Shown here in pieces: positions 47,662-59,459 of a stretch of DNA of 64,000 nt. Made by a program: the position numbers and the translations under genes. Origin of the DNA: Escherichia coli (lineage in GTDB: Bacteria; Pseudomonadota; Gammaproteobacteria; Enterobacterales; Enterobacteriaceae); the NCBI RefSeq assembly GCF_041886205.1, contig NZ_CP169029.1. One strand, given 5' to 3'. Below the pieces are notes generated by a model. That model had not been told where the DNA came from. It did not search any database and worked only from the letters and a program-made list of their open reading frames with translations. How positions within the stretch are numbered: the stretch's first letter is position 1; every line of letters begins with the position of its first letter.

Positions 47662-49461
47662 ATGACGACACAGGTCCCACCTTCCGCGTTGCTTCCGTTG
47701 AACCCGGAGCAACTGGCACGCCTTCAGGCGGCCACGACCGATTTAACTCCCACCCAGCTTGCCTGGGTTTCTGGCTATTTCTGGGGCGTGCTCAACCAGC
47801 AGCCTGCTGCGCTTGCAGCGACGCCAGCGCCCGCCGCAGAAATGCCGGGTATAACTATTATCTCTGCTTCGCAAACCGGCAATGCGCGCCGGGTTGCTGA
47901 AGCATTACGCGATGATTTATTAGCAGCAAAACTGAACGTTAAGCTGGTGAACGCGGGCGACTATAAATTCAAACAAATCGCCAGCGAAAAACTGCTTATC
48001 GTGGTGACGTCAACGCAAGGGGAAGGGGAACCACCGGAAGAAGCCGTCGCGCTGCATAAGTTCCTGTTCTCCAAAAAAGCGCCGAAGCTGGAAAACACCG
48101 CGTTTGCCGTGTTTAGCCTCGGCGATAGTTCTTATGAATTTTTCTGCCAGTCCGGGAAAGATTTTGACAGCAAGCTGGCGGAACTGGGTGGTGAACGCCT
48201 GCTCGACCGTGTCGATGCCGATGTTGAATACCAGGCTGCTGCCAGCGAGTGGCGCGCCCGCGTGGTTGATGCGCTTAAATCGCGTGCGCCTGTCGCGGCA
48301 CCTTCGCAATCCGTCGCTACTGGCGCGGTAAATGAAATCCACACCAGCCCGTACAGCAAAGACGCGCCGCTGGTGGCTAGCCTCTCTGTTAACCAGAAAA
48401 TTACCGGGCGTAACTCTGAAAAAGACGTTCGCCATATCGAAATTGACTTAGGTGACTCGGGTCTGCGTTACCAGCCGGGTAACGCGCTGGGTGTCTGGTA
48501 TCAGAACGATCCGGCACTGGTGAAAGAACTTGTCGAACTGCTGTGGCTGAAAGGCGATGAACCTGTCACCGTCGAGGGCAAAACGTTGCCTCTGAACGAA
48601 GCGCTACAGTGGCACTTCGAACTGACCGTCAACACCGCCAACATTGTTGAGAATTACGCCACGCTTACCCGCAGTGAAACACTGCTGCCGCTGGTGGGCG
48701 ATAAAGCGAAGTTACAGCATTACGCCGCGACGACGCCGATTGTTGACATGGTGCGTTTCTCCCCGGCACAGCTTGATGCCGAAGCGCTAATTAATCTGCT
48801 GCGCCCGCTGACCCCGCGCCTGTATTCCATCGCCTCCTCGCAGGCTGAAGTCGAGAACGAAGTACACGTCACCGTTGGCGTGGTGCGTTACGACGTGGAA
48901 GGCCGCGCCCGTGCCGGTGGTGCCTCCAGCTTCCTCGCGGACCGCGTGGAAGAAGAGGGCGAAGTCCGCGTATTTATCGAACATAACGATAACTTCCGCC
49001 TGCCCGCTAACCCGGAAACCCCGGTGATTATGATTGGCCCAGGCACCGGCATCGCGCCGTTCCGCGCCTTTATGCAGCAACGTGCTGCCGACGAAGCACC
49101 GGGTAAAAACTGGCTGTTCTTTGGCAACCCGCACTTTACGGAAGATTTCCTCTACCAGGTGGAGTGGCAGCGCTACGTCAAAGAGGGTGTGCTAACGCGG
49201 ATCGATCTCGCCTGGTCGCGCGATCAAAAAGAAAAAGTTTACGTACAAGACAAACTGCGCGAACAGGGCGCGGAGCTGTGGCGCTGGATCAATGACGGTG
49301 CCCACATTTATGTCTGCGGCGACGCTAATCGCATGGCGAAAGACGTTGAGCAGGCACTTCTGGAAGTGATTGCCGAATTTGGTGGCATGGACACCGAAGC
49401 GGCTGATGAATTTTTAAGTGAGCTGCGCGTAGAGCGCCGTTATCAGCGAGATGTCTACTAA
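47662..49461 (+). CDS. cysJ: Sulfite reductase [NADPH] flavoprotein alpha subunit
   Basis: 599 aa, flavodoxin + FAD/NADPH reductase domains. Confidence 0.96.
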   Translation: MTTQVPPSALLPLNPEQLARLQAATTDLTPTQLAWVSGYFWGVLNQQPAALAATPAPAAEMPGITIISASQTGNARRVAEALRDDLLAAKLNVKLVNAGDYKFKQIASEKLLIVVTSTQGEGEPPEEAVALHKFLFSKKAPKLENTAFAVFSLGDSSYEFFCQSGKDFDSKLAELGGERLLDRVDADVEYQAAASEWRARVVDALKSRAPVAAPSQSVATGAVNEIHTSPYSKDAPLVASLSVNQKITGRNSEKDVRHIEIDLGDSGLRYQPGNALGVWYQNDPALVKELVELLWLKGDEPVTVEGKTLPLNEALQWHFELTVNTANIVENYATLTRSETLLPLVGDKAKLQHYAATTPIVDMVRFSPAQLDAEALINLLRPLTPRLYSIASSQAEVENEVHVTVGVVRYDVEGRARAGGASSFLADRVEEEGEVRVFIEHNDNFRLPANPETPVIMIGPGTGIAPFRAFMQQRAADEAPGKNWLFFGNPHFTEDFLYQVEWQRYVKEGVLTRIDLAWSRDQKEKVYVQDKLREQGAELWRWINDGAHIYVCGDANRMAKDVEQALLEVIAEFGGMDTEAADEFLSELRVERRYQRDVY

Positions 49462-51173
49462 TGAGCGAAAAACATCCAGGGCCTTTAGTGGTCGAAGGAA
49501 AACTGACAGACGCCGAGCGCATGAAGCTTGAGAGCAACTACCTGCGCGGCACCATTGCGGAAGATTTAAACGACGGTCTGACCGGCGGCTTTAAGGGCGA
49601 CAACTTCCTGCTGATCCGCTTCCACGGCATGTATCAGCAGGATGACCGCGACATCCGCGCCGAACGTGCTGAACAGAAGCTGGAGCCGCGCCACGCGATG
49701 CTGCTTCGCTGTCGTCTGCCGGGTGGGGTGATTACCACCAAACAGTGGCAGGCGATCGACAAATTTGCCGGTGAAAACACCATCTATGGCAGCATTCGCC
49801 TGACCAACCGCCAGACGTTTCAGTTCCACGGCATTCTGAAAAAGAACGTCAAACCGGTGCACCAGATGCTGCACTCGGTTGGTCTTGATGCGCTGGCGAC
49901 CGCTAACGACATGAACCGTAACGTACTCTGCACCTCGAACCCTTACGAGTCGCAGCTACACGCGGAAGCGTATGAATGGGCGAAGAAAATCTCTGAACAT
50001 CTGCTGCCGCGTACCCGCGCGTATGCGGAGATCTGGCTCGATCAGGAAAAAGTCGCCACCACCGATGAAGAACCGATCCTCGGTCAGACTTATTTGCCGC
50101 GTAAATTCAAAACCACGGTAGTGATCCCGCCGCAGAACGATATCGATCTGCATGCCAACGACATGAACTTCGTGGCGATCGCCGAAAACGGCAAGCTGGT
50201 GGGCTTCAACTTGCTGGTGGGCGGTGGGCTTTCTATCGAACACGGCAACAAGAAAACCTACGCCCGCACCGCAAGCGAGTTTGGCTATCTGCCGCTGGAG
50301 CATACGCTGGCGGTGGCGGAAGCTGTCGTGACAACTCAGCGTGACTGGGGTAACCGAACCGATCGTAAAAATGCCAAAACCAAATACACGCTGGAACGCG
50401 TGGGGGTTGAGACGTTTAAAGCGGAAGTGGAGCGTCGCGCGGGGATCAAATTTGAACCGATCCGTCCGTATGAGTTCACCGGACGTGGCGATCGTATTGG
50501 CTGGGTTAAGGGCATTGATGATAACTGGCACCTGACGCTGTTTATCGAAAATGGTCGCATCCTTGATTATCCGGGGCGTCCGCTGAAAACCGGCCTGCTG
50601 GAGATCGCAAAGATCCACAAAGGTGATTTCCGCATTACGGCGAACCAGAATCTGATCATCGCCGGTGTGCCGGAAAGCGAGAAAGCGAAGATCGAGAAGA
50701 TCGCCAAAGAGAGCGGGTTAATGAATGCCGTCACGCCGCAGCGTGAAAACTCGATGGCCTGCGTGTCATTCCCGACTTGCCCGCTGGCGATGGCGGAAGC
50801 GGAGCGTTTCCTGCCGTCTTTTATCGACAACATCGATAATTTAATGGCGAAACATGGTGTCAGCGATGAGCATATCGTGATGCGTGTAACAGGCTGCCCG
50901 AACGGTTGTGGTCGCGCGATGCTGGCGGAAGTGGGCCTGGTGGGTAAAGCACCGGGTCGCTACAACCTGCATCTTGGCGGCAACCGCATTGGGACACGTA
51001 TCCCACGGATGTATAAAGAAAACATCACCGAGCCGGAAATCCTGGCGTCGCTTGATGAACTGATAGGGCGCTGGGCGAAAGAGCGCGAAGCGGGTGAAGG
51101 CTTCGGCGACTTTACGGTGCGTGCGGGCATCATTCGCCCGGTGCTCGATCCGGCGCGCGATTTGTGGGATTAA
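49461..51173 (+). CDS. cysI: Sulfite reductase [NADPH] hemoprotein beta subunit
   Basis: 570 aa; start overlaps cysJ stop. Confidence 0.96.
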   Translation: MSEKHPGPLVVEGKLTDAERMKLESNYLRGTIAEDLNDGLTGGFKGDNFLLIRFHGMYQQDDRDIRAERAEQKLEPRHAMLLRCRLPGGVITTKQWQAIDKFAGENTIYGSIRLTNRQTFQFHGILKKNVKPVHQMLHSVGLDALATANDMNRNVLCTSNPYESQLHAEAYEWAKKISEHLLPRTRAYAEIWLDQEKVATTDEEPILGQTYLPRKFKTTVVIPPQNDIDLHANDMNFVAIAENGKLVGFNLLVGGGLSIEHGNKKTYARTASEFGYLPLEHTLAVAEAVVTTQRDWGNRTDRKNAKTKYTLERVGVETFKAEVERRAGIKFEPIRPYEFTGRGDRIGWVKGIDDNWHLTLFIENGRILDYPGRPLKTGLLEIAKIHKGDFRITANQNLIIAGVPESEKAKIEKIAKESGLMNAVTPQRENSMACVSFPTCPLAMAEAERFLPSFIDNIDNLMAKHGVSDEHIVMRVTGCPNGCGRAMLAEVGLVGKAPGRYNLHLGGNRIGTRIPRMYKENITEPEILASLDELIGRWAKEREAGEGFGDFTVRAGIIRPVLDPARDLWD

Positions 51174-51189
51174 CCATCAGCCCGGTCTT

Positions 51190-51225
51190 GTAGGCCTGAT
51201 AAGACGCGTGAGCGTCGCATCAGGC
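51190..51225. repeat. REP element between cysI and cysH
   Basis: GTAGGCCTGATAAGACGCGTGAGCGTCGCATCAGGC. Confidence 0.6.
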
Positions 51226-51246
51226 AAGGCAAACAGTGAGGAATCT

Positions 51247-51981
51247 ATGTCCAAACTCGATCTAAACGCCCTGAACGAACTGCCGAAGGTAGATCGCATT
51301 CTGGCGCTGGCAGAAACTAACGCCGAACTGGAAAAACTGGACGCTGAAGGCCGCGTCGCCTGGGCGCTGGAAAATCTGCCCGGTGAATATGTACTTTCCT
51401 CCAGCTTTGGCATTCAGGCGGCGGTGAGCCTGCATCTGGTGAATCAGATTCGCCCGGATATTCCGGTGATCCTCACCGATACGGGTTACTTGTTCCCGGA
51501 AACCTACCGCTTTATTGACGAGTTAACGGACAAACTCAAGCTCAACCTGAAAGTGTACCGCGCTACCGAAAGCGCCGCCTGGCAGGAAGCACGTTACGGA
51601 AAACTATGGGAGCAGGGCGTTGAAGGCATTGAAAAGTACAATGACATCAACAAAGTCGAACCGATGAACCGGGCGCTGAAAGAACTGAATGCGCAAACGT
51701 GGTTTGCTGGCCTGCGGCGTGAACAATCCGGCAGCCGTGCCAATTTACCGGTGTTGGCAATTCAGCGTGGCGTATTTAAAGTGCTGCCGATTATCGACTG
51801 GGATAACCGAACTATTTATCAGTACCTGCAAAAACATGGCCTGAAATATCACCCATTATGGGACGAAGGATATTTATCGGTGGGCGATACCCATACAACC
51901 CGTAAATGGGAACCTGGCATGGCGGAAGAAGAAACGCGTTTCTTTGGCTTAAAAAGGGAATGTGGGTTACACGAAGGGTAA
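51247..51981 (+). CDS. cysH: Phosphoadenosine phosphosulfate (PAPS) reductase
   Basis: 244 aa from [23 protein letters not shown]; ORF track start 51094 is an upstream extension. Confidence 0.95.
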   Translation: MSKLDLNALNELPKVDRILALAETNAELEKLDAEGRVAWALENLPGEYVLSSSFGIQAAVSLHLVNQIRPDIPVILTDTGYLFPETYRFIDELTDKLKLNLKVYRATESAAWQEARYGKLWEQGVEGIEKYNDINKVEPMNRALKELNAQTWFAGLRREQSGSRANLPVLAIQRGVFKVLPIIDWDNRTIYQYLQKHGLKYHPLWDEGYLSVGDTHTTRKWEPGMAEEETRFFGLKRECGLHEG

Positions 51982-52245
51982 ATATTGCCGGATAAATTAA
52001 ACGCCTCTGTCAGAAATGATGGGGGCGTTTTTATTTTGCGAGCAGCATTCCTGATTTTAAACGTGAAAATAGCAGAGGGAATCAGCAGGCATAGAATGGC
52101 GTCGGGTGCTTGAGGCTGTCTGGCGTTGAGCATTCGCGAGGTTCCAGATGGACAAAAGCCCCAGGCGATATTTCTATCAACCTGAGGCCAGCGTTCGAAC
52201 CTAAGCAATTCGGATGTTAGTCTCTTCTTTGCAGGGAGGCAAGAC

Positions 52246-52398
52246 ATGCTGACAAAATATGCCCTTGTGGCAATCATCGTACTGTGTTGTACAGTACTGG
52301 GATTCACGCTGATGGTAGGCGACTCGTTGTGTGAGTTGAGTATCAGAGAACGTGGTATGGAGTTTAAGGCAGTTCTCGCTTACGAATCGAAGAAGTAG
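52246..52398 (+). CDS. Hok/Gef-family type I toxin (hokX-like locus)
   Basis: 50-aa [53 protein letters not shown]: N-terminal TM helix plus conserved C-terminal LCE..IR....E.A..AYES pattern of Hok proteins. Confidence 0.7.
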   Translation: MLTKYALVAIIVLCCTVLGFTLMVGDSLCELSIRERGMEFKAVLAYESKK

Positions 52399-52635
52399 CC
52401 ACCACGCGGGGGGTAAAATCCCGCGTACTGAATTGTGATGGTTTGGTCTCCTGCACCCTTTTTAATTTATATTGTTTATGTGAATATTATGCCTGTGTTT
52501 ATTATTTATATGTTTTATAGATGAAAACCATTGAATTATTCACAATGTAAATATTTTAATGAACGATATATATCACAGATAATTTTTAATATATGCGTAA
52601 ATATCCTTTAAGTTTTACGAAAGGATAAAAACATT

Positions 52636-54063
52636 GTGACTTTCTTTGATTTCTGGGGAAAAAACCGACGCGGCGAGAAAGAGGGCGGCGACGACTATCA
52701 TCTACTTTGCTGGCATTCGCTGGATGTAGCCGCGATGGGCTATTTAATGGTTAAAAGCAATTGCTTCGGGCTGGCTGACTATTTTCGTCAACTAGGTTTC
52801 GATGATACGGAGCAGGCAGCACAATTTTTCGCCTGGCTATTGTGCTGGCACGATATTGGAAAATTTGCCCGCTCTTTTCAGCAACTTTATCTGCATCCAC
52901 AACTCAAGGTTCCGGAAGGCGCAAGAAAAAATAACGAAAAGATCTCTCATTCAACGCTGGGTTACTGGTTGTGGAATCATTATTTAATTGAATGTGACGA
53001 GTTGCTTCCTTCCTCTTCACTCTCTCCCCGCAAACTTAAACGGGTAATAGCGATGTGGATGCCCATGAGCACGGGGCATCATGGTCGCCCACCTGACCGT
53101 ATTGATGAACTGGATAATTTTCTGCCTGAAGACAAAGTTGCCGCGCGAGATTTTCTCCTTGAAATCAAGTCACTGTTCCCGCTCATAGAGATCCCCACAT
53201 TCTGGGATGATGACGAGGACGTTGAACTTATAAAACAACTTTCCTGGTATATCTCTGCAACCGTCGTACTTGCAGACTGGACAGGATCGTCAACGAGATT
53301 TTTTCCACGCGTCGCACACCCAATGGATATTAAAGATTACTGGCAGAAGGCTTTAGTGCAGGCTCAAAACGCCTTAACCGTCTTTCCTCCAAAAGCAGAA
53401 ACCGCACCTTTCACCGGAATTAATACACTGTTTCCTTTTATTGAGAATCCGACACCGTTACAGCAAAAGGTGCTGGAACTGGATATCAGCCGGCCCGGGC
53501 CACAGTTATTTATTCTGGAGGATGTAACCGGCGCAGGTAAAACAGAAGCGGCGCTTATCCTGGCGCACAGGTTGATAGCTGCGGGGAAAGCTCAGGGGCT
53601 GTTTTTTGGTCTGCCAACAATGGCAACGGCCAATGCCATGTACGATCGGCTGGTCAAAACCTGGCTTGCTTTCTATTCGCCAGAATCCCGCCCCAGCCTG
53701 GTGCTGGCACACAGTGCCCGCACATTAATGGACCGCTTTAATGACTCACTCTGGTCCGGTGATTTAGTCGGGTCAGAAGAACCGGATGAACAAACGTTCA
53801 GTCAGGGATGTGCAGCCTGGTTTGCCGACAGTAACAAGAAGGCTTTACTGGCTGAAATTGGCGTCGGCACGCTGGATCAGGCGATGATGGCAGTGATGCC
53901 GTTTAAACATAATAATCTGCGGCTTCTGGGGTTGAGTAACAAAATCCTGCTGGCTGATGAGATCCACGCCTGTGACGCTTACATGTCGTGCATTCTTGAA
54001 GGGCTGATCGAGCGGCAGGCGCGTGGCGGAAACAGCGTTATTTTGCTTTCTGCTACGTTATCT
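52636..54063 (+). pseudogene. cas3: 5' fragment of type I-E cas3 (HD nuclease domain and helicase motifs I-III), truncated at a CRISPR repeat
   Basis: HD motif (CWHDIGKF), Walker A (TGAGKTEA), DExH (LLADEIHACD), SAT (LLSATLS); reading frame then runs directly into the repeat at 54064; about 476 codons, roughly half of a full cas3. Confidence 0.8.
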
Positions 54064-54214
54064 GTGTTCCCCGCGCCAGCGGGGATAAACCGCCATTCTT
54101 GTTGTCGTTCATCAAGCGCAGGGGGTGTTCCCCGCGCCAGCGGGGATAAACCGGGTAAATAACACAGCGTTTGAAACAGGCAAAAGTGTTCCCCGCGCCA
54201 GCGGGGATAAACCG
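54064..54214 (+). CRISPR. Type I-E CRISPR array remnant: 3 repeats, 2 spacers, no leader
   Basis: GTGTTCCCCGCGCCAGCGGGGATAAACCG at 54064, 54125, 54186 with 32-nt spacers; directly abuts the cas3 fragment. Confidence 0.92.
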
Positions 54215-54330
54215 GCGCAATACGGTGCGGTTTTCCCGGAAGTAAACCGGGCGCACTGGATGCGATGATGGGTATGACTTAGAATTCCCCGCCCCTGCGG
54301 TAGAACTCCCAGCTCCCATTTTCAAACTCC

Positions 54331-55368
54331 TCAAGACGCCTTCGCCAGCTCCTTCACCAGCGGTAGCATTATCCGCATAACATCACGGCAGCGACGTTCT
54401 ATTCTTCCAGGAAGTGCCTTATCAATATGTTGTTGATTATCCAGTCTTACGTCATGCCAGCTATTTCCCGCCGGGAAGGCAGGTGTTTTTGCGCGTTGCT
54501 GATAACCATCCTTATTCCCAAGATTCCAGTTAGTCGCTTCCACCGAAAGTACAGCAATGCCCGCTTTGTCGAATATTTCTGCGTCATTACAACACCCAGT
54601 GCCTTTCGGATAATTTTTATTCAAACCCGGATTGGTCGTTGCGGCTATTCCGTGACTGCGCGCAATTGCCAGCGCCCTGTCGCGCGTTAATTTCCTTACT
54701 GCTTCAGGGGTTTTTACACCGCTGTTGAAATACAATTTATCGCCAACAATTAAGTTATCGAGATCAATCACCAGCAGCGTATTTTTCTTTTCGGTGTCAC
54801 TCATCCGCTTGAGTAAATTCTCAGCGCCTAATTTCCCTTCCTCTTCGCCGCTGGTCGCCACAAATCGAATACCATACTCGGTAGGCGTATTTTTCAGGCG
54901 TTCTGCCAGTTCCAGCATGACACCTAAACCTGCGGCGTTATCATCCATTCCTTGTAACGTCAGCCCGCCGAGATTGGCATCGGCGTCAGCATCGCTCAGC
55001 GGGGCGTAAGTATCCAGATGCGCCATAATGATGATCTGCTGCGGCGCTTTGCCTTCATGAGCGGCAATCACCGTACTTCCTGTCACGTTATGCCAGTTCT
55101 TGCGATTATCGCGGGCGGTATAAATATACCGACTATTAAATGTCCGAATATCACTGCGATAACCCATTTGCTGAAACTGTTGGCGAATATAATCGGCAGA
55201 TAACATTTCTGCAGGAGTTCCGGTCATGCGTCCCGGAAAGAAAGTAGCAATATGTCGTGCCTGAGTATTAGCAAAATCGCCAGGTTTAGGTAACGAGGCG
55301 TGTACGGGGAGAATAAAGCATACGCCGAGCGCCAGGGCAGCGGTACGGTGGCGCAATGCGGAAAACAT
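54331..55368 (-). CDS. iap: Alkaline phosphatase isozyme conversion aminopeptidase
   Basis: 345 aa with signal peptide, M28 peptidase-like. Confidence 0.9.
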   Translation of the reverse strand: MFSALRHRTAALALGVCFILPVHASLPKPGDFANTQARHIATFFPGRMTGTPAEMLSADYIRQQFQQMGYRSDIRTFNSRYIYTARDNRKNWHNVTGSTVIAAHEGKAPQQIIIMAHLDTYAPLSDADADANLGGLTLQGMDDNAAGLGVMLELAERLKNTPTEYGIRFVATSGEEEGKLGAENLLKRMSDTEKKNTLLVIDLDNLIVGDKLYFNSGVKTPEAVRKLTRDRALAIARSHGIAATTNPGLNKNYPKGTGCCNDAEIFDKAGIAVLSVEATNWNLGNKDGYQQRAKTPAFPAGNSWHDVRLDNQQHIDKALPGRIERRCRDVMRIMLPLVKELAKAS

Positions 55369-55620
55369 AGTGAGTCCTTAAATACCATGCAAATTTTTTT
55401 ACCGCCATAGTATGAAACTGCCGCTGCGCTAAAACAATTTCAAATCTTCCTAAACGCCCGAAATCCGGTGGCTTAAGCACTTTTTGATATTAGCTTTGCC
55501 AAATCGTTATTCCGTTAAGGAACTACTCATTCTAATTGGTAATTTCATTCGTTCACTTACGCTCCCTATAGTCGAAACATCTGATGGCAAGAAAAATAGC
55601 GGTATTGCAAAGGAACGGTT

Positions 55621-56529
55621 ATGGATCAAAAACGACTCACTCACCTGCGGCAACTGGAGGCGGAAAGCATCCACATTATTCGCGAGGTGGCGGCAGAATT
55701 CTCAAATCCGGTGATGCTCTACTCTATCGGTAAAGATTCCAGCGTCATGCTGCATCTGGCGCGCAAGGCGTTTTATCCAGGTACGCTGCCTTTCCCGTTG
55801 CTGCATGTCGATACCGGCTGGAAATTCCGCGAGATGTATGAGTTCCGCGATCGTACGGCGAAAGCCTACGGCTGCGAGCTGCTGGTGCATAAAAACCCGG
55901 AAGGCGTGGCGATGGGGATTAATCCATTCGTACACGGCAGCGCGAAACATACCGATATTATGAAAACTGAAGGCCTGAAACAGGCGCTGAACAAATACGG
56001 TTTTGATGCCGCCTTCGGTGGTGCGCGCCGTGACGAAGAAAAATCCCGCGCTAAAGAGCGAATTTACTCTTTCCGTGACCGCTTCCATCGCTGGGACCCG
56101 AAAAATCAGCGCCCGGAGCTGTGGCACAACTACAACGGGCAAATTAACAAAGGCGAAAGCATCCGCGTCTTCCCACTCTCTAACTGGACCGAGCAGGACA
56201 TCTGGCAATACATCTGGCTGGAAAATATCGACATTGTTCCGCTGTATCTCGCTGCGGAACGTCCGGTTCTGGAACGCGACGGTATGTTGATGATGATTGA
56301 TGACAACCGTATCGACCTGCAACCGGGCGAAGTGATTAAAAAACGGATGGTGCGTTTCCGTACGCTGGGCTGCTGGCCGCTGACCGGTGCGGTGGAGTCA
56401 AATGCACAAACACTGTCGGAGATCATCGAAGAGATGCTGGTTTCCACCACCAGTGAACGTCAGGGTCGCGTGATTGACCGCGACCAGGCGGGATCCATGG
56501 AGCTGAAAAAACGTCAGGGGTATTTTTAA
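55621..56529 (+). CDS. cysD: Sulfate adenylyltransferase subunit 2
   Basis: 302 aa, PAPS-reductase-like fold. Confidence 0.96.
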   Translation: MDQKRLTHLRQLEAESIHIIREVAAEFSNPVMLYSIGKDSSVMLHLARKAFYPGTLPFPLLHVDTGWKFREMYEFRDRTAKAYGCELLVHKNPEGVAMGINPFVHGSAKHTDIMKTEGLKQALNKYGFDAAFGGARRDEEKSRAKERIYSFRDRFHRWDPKNQRPELWHNYNGQINKGESIRVFPLSNWTEQDIWQYIWLENIDIVPLYLAAERPVLERDGMLMMIDDNRIDLQPGEVIKKRMVRFRTLGCWPLTGAVESNAQTLSEIIEEMLVSTTSERQGRVIDRDQAGSMELKKRQGYF

Positions 56530-56530
56530 G

Positions 56531-57958
56531 ATGAACACCGCACTTGCACAACAAATCGCCAATGAAGGCGGCGTCGAAGCCTGGATGATTGCGCAACAAC
56601 ATAAAAGCCTGCTGCGTTTTCTGACCTGTGGTAGCGTCGATGACGGCAAAAGTACCCTGATTGGTCGCCTGCTGCACGATACTCGCCAAATCTACGAAGA
56701 TCAGCTCTCATCGCTGCATAACGACAGTAAACGTCACGGCACCCAGGGCGAAAAGCTGGATCTGGCGCTGCTGGTGGACGGCCTGCAAGCTGAGCGCGAA
56801 CAGGGTATTACCATTGACGTGGCTTACCGTTATTTCTCTACCGAGAAGCGTAAATTTATTATCGCCGACACCCCAGGACACGAGCAGTACACCCGCAATA
56901 TGGCGACTGGCGCATCGACATGTGAACTGGCGATCTTACTGATCGATGCCCGTAAAGGCGTGCTCGATCAAACCCGTCGTCACAGTTTTATCTCCACACT
57001 GTTGGGGATCAAACATCTGGTCGTGGCGATCAACAAAATGGATCTGGTGGATTACAGTGAAGAGACGTTCACCCGTATTCGTGAAGATTATTTGACCTTT
57101 GCCGGGCAGCTGCCGGGTAATCTGGATATCCGCTTTGTGCCGCTCTCTGCACTGGAAGGCGACAATGTGGCTTCGCAAAGTGAAAGTATGCCGTGGTACA
57201 GCGGTCCGACACTGCTCGAAGTGCTGGAAACCGTGGAGATCCAGCGAGTGGTGGATGCCCAGCCAATGCGCTTCCCGGTGCAGTACGTTAACCGCCCAAA
57301 TCTCGATTTTCGTGGCTACGCCGGAACGCTGGCATCCGGTCGCGTGGAAGTCGGGCAACGTGTAAAAGTGCTGCCCTCTGGTGTGGAATCAAACGTCGCG
57401 CGGATCGTGACTTTTGATGGTGATCGCGAAGAAGCCTTTGCCGGAGAAGCGATCACCCTGGTGCTGACGGATGAGATCGACATCAGCCGTGGCGATCTGC
57501 TGCTGGCGGCAGACGAAGCGTTACCAGCTGTGCAGAGCGCGTCGGTGGATGTGGTATGGATGGCGGAACAGCCGCTTTCCCCGGGCCAGAGTTATGACAT
57601 CAAAATTGCCGGTAAGAAGACGCGTGCTCGTGTTGATGGCATTCGTTATCAGGTTGATATTAATAACCTTACCCAACGCGAAGTTGAAAACCTGCCGCTG
57701 AACGGCATCGGCCTGGTGGATCTCACTTTTGACGAGCCACTGGTGTTAGATCGTTATCAGCAAAACCCGGTTACCGGTGGGCTGATTTTTATCGATCGCC
57801 TGAGCAATGTGACCGTAGGTGCCGGTATGGTGCATGAGCCAGTTAGCCAGGCAACTGCTGCGCCATCTGAATTTAGTGCATTCGAACTGGAATTGAATGC
57901 CCTGGTTCGCCGCCACTTTCCGCACTGGGGCGCGCGCGATTTGCTGGGGGATAAATAA
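56531..57958 (+). CDS. cysN: Sulfate adenylyltransferase subunit 1 (GTPase)
   Basis: 475 aa, GTP-binding motifs GSVDDGKST and DTPGH. Confidence 0.96.
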   Translation: MNTALAQQIANEGGVEAWMIAQQHKSLLRFLTCGSVDDGKSTLIGRLLHDTRQIYEDQLSSLHNDSKRHGTQGEKLDLALLVDGLQAEREQGITIDVAYRYFSTEKRKFIIADTPGHEQYTRNMATGASTCELAILLIDARKGVLDQTRRHSFISTLLGIKHLVVAINKMDLVDYSEETFTRIREDYLTFAGQLPGNLDIRFVPLSALEGDNVASQSESMPWYSGPTLLEVLETVEIQRVVDAQPMRFPVQYVNRPNLDFRGYAGTLASGRVEVGQRVKVLPSGVESNVARIVTFDGDREEAFAGEAITLVLTDEIDISRGDLLLAADEALPAVQSASVDVVWMAEQPLSPGQSYDIKIAGKKTRARVDGIRYQVDINNLTQREVENLPLNGIGLVDLTFDEPLVLDRYQQNPVTGGLIFIDRLSNVTVGAGMVHEPVSQATAAPSEFSAFELELNALVRRHFPHWGARDLLGDK

Positions 57959-58563
57959 TGGCGCTGCATGACGAAAACGTCGTCTGGCATAGCCATCCGG
58001 TCACTGTGCAACAACGCGAGCTACACCACGGTCATCGTGGTGTAGTGCTGTGGTTTACCGGCCTCTCCGGGTCCGGTAAATCAACGGTCGCCGGGGCGCT
58101 GGAGGAGGCGTTACATAAACTCGGCGTCAGTACGTATCTGCTGGATGGCGACAATGTTCGCCACGGATTATGCAGCGATCTCGGTTTTAGCGATGCCGAT
58201 CGTAAAGAGAATATCCGTCGCGTCGGTGAAGTGGCGAATTTGATGATTGAAGCCGGACTGGTGGTGCTGACCGCATTTATCTCGCCACACCGCGCCGAAC
58301 GCCAGATGGTTCGCGAACGCGTAGGAGAAGGGCGCTTTATCGAAGTGTTTGTCGATACGCCGCTGGCGATTTGCGAAGCCCGCGATCCAAAAGGCTTATA
58401 TAAGAAAGCGCGTGCCGGTGAACTGCGCAACTTTACGGGAATAGATTCCGTTTACGAAGCGCCTGAATCGGCAGAAATTCATCTCAATGGTGAACAATTA
58501 GTAACAAATTTGGTACAGCAATTATTAGATCTGTTGAGACAGAACGATATTATCAGATCCTGA
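57958..58563 (+). CDS. cysC: Adenylylsulfate (APS) kinase
   Basis: 201 aa, P-loop GLSGSGKST. Confidence 0.96.
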   Translation: MALHDENVVWHSHPVTVQQRELHHGHRGVVLWFTGLSGSGKSTVAGALEEALHKLGVSTYLLDGDNVRHGLCSDLGFSDADRKENIRRVGEVANLMIEAGLVVLTAFISPHRAERQMVRERVGEGRFIEVFVDTPLAICEARDPKGLYKKARAGELRNFTGIDSVYEAPESAEIHLNGEQLVTNLVQQLLDLLRQNDIIRS

Positions 58564-58612
58564 GACACCACCGGGTTTCCATGCCCGGTTCGTCAAAGTA
58601 ACAGGATCAAAT

Positions 58613-58936
58613 ATGCGTAATAGCCATAACATTACACTAACAAATAACGACAGCCTTACTGAGGATGAAGAAACCACATGGTCACTGCCTGGTGCCGTGG
58701 TCGGTTTTATCTCCTGGTTATTTGCGCTGGCGATGCCGATGTTGATTTATGGCTCTAACACGCTGTTCTTCTTTATCTACACCTGGCCTTTCTTTCTGGC
58801 GCTGATGCCCGTCGCAGTAGTGGTGGGGATTGCGCTGCATTCATTGATGGACGGAAAGCTACGCTACAGTATTGTTTTCACCCTGGTGACAGTAGGCATT
58901 ATGTTTGGCGCACTGTTTATGTGGCTACTGGGCTAA
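58613..58936 (+). CDS. ygbE: Small inner-membrane protein YgbE
   Basis: 107-aa hydrophobic ORF in conserved position. Confidence 0.8.
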   Translation: MRNSHNITLTNNDSLTEDEETTWSLPGAVVGFISWLFALAMPMLIYGSNTLFFFIYTWPFFLALMPVAVVVGIALHSLMDGKLRYSIVFTLVTVGIMFGALFMWLLG

Positions 58937-59129
58937 TTTGTACTTTCCCGTCTCTTCTGTTCATAATTCAAACCGTAACTAATAATGAGATTATGTTCTG
59001 CACGCCCTGGGTATACGTAACAATGGACAAATGTGGTACATTTGCCCGCGTTGTCGCGGTATCCCCAACAGAGGATGTAGAGTCGTCTTCGGATGCATGG
59101 GATGATGATGCCGTTTTTCAGGGGGCAGG

Positions 59130-59441
59130 ATGGGTAAACTAACGCTGCTGTTGCTGGCTATTCTGGTCTGGCTACAGTATTCGCTGTGGTTCGGTAAGAA
59201 CGGTATACATGACTATACCCGCGTCAATGATGATGTGGCGGCACAGCAAGCTACAAACGCGAAACTTAAAGCGCGAAACGATCAACTTTTTGCCGAAATT
59301 GACGATCTCAATGGCGGCCAGGAGGCGCTCGAAGAGCGTGCGCGTAATGAACTCAGCATGACCAGGCCGGGCGAAACTTTTTATCGTCTGGTGCCTGACG
59401 CGTCGAAGCGCGCACAGTCTGCGGGGCAAAACAATCGATAA
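59130..59441 (+). CDS. ftsB: Cell division protein FtsB
   Basis: 103 aa, N-terminal TM + coiled coil. Confidence 0.93.
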
Positions 59442-59459
59442 ATCAGCCCGGGAATTAAC

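Noticed and set aside
48010-50618. Minus-strand ORFs of 141-220 aa inside cysJ and cysI
   Set aside because: Antisense to sulfite reductase genes; no independent support.
54247-54310. Possible extra degenerate CRISPR repeat (AGAATTCCCCGCCCCTGCGGTAGAACTCC at 54281-54309)
   Set aside because: Only partial resemblance to the 29-mer, and spacing from the last clear repeat (66 nt) does not fit the 61-nt unit. Treated as trailer sequence.
55702-56322. 206-aa minus-strand ORF
   Set aside because: Antisense within cysD.
58921-59142. 73-aa ORF between ygbE and ftsB
   Set aside because: Overlaps the ftsB start region, no RBS, no recognisable features; the interval is a conserved intergenic region.
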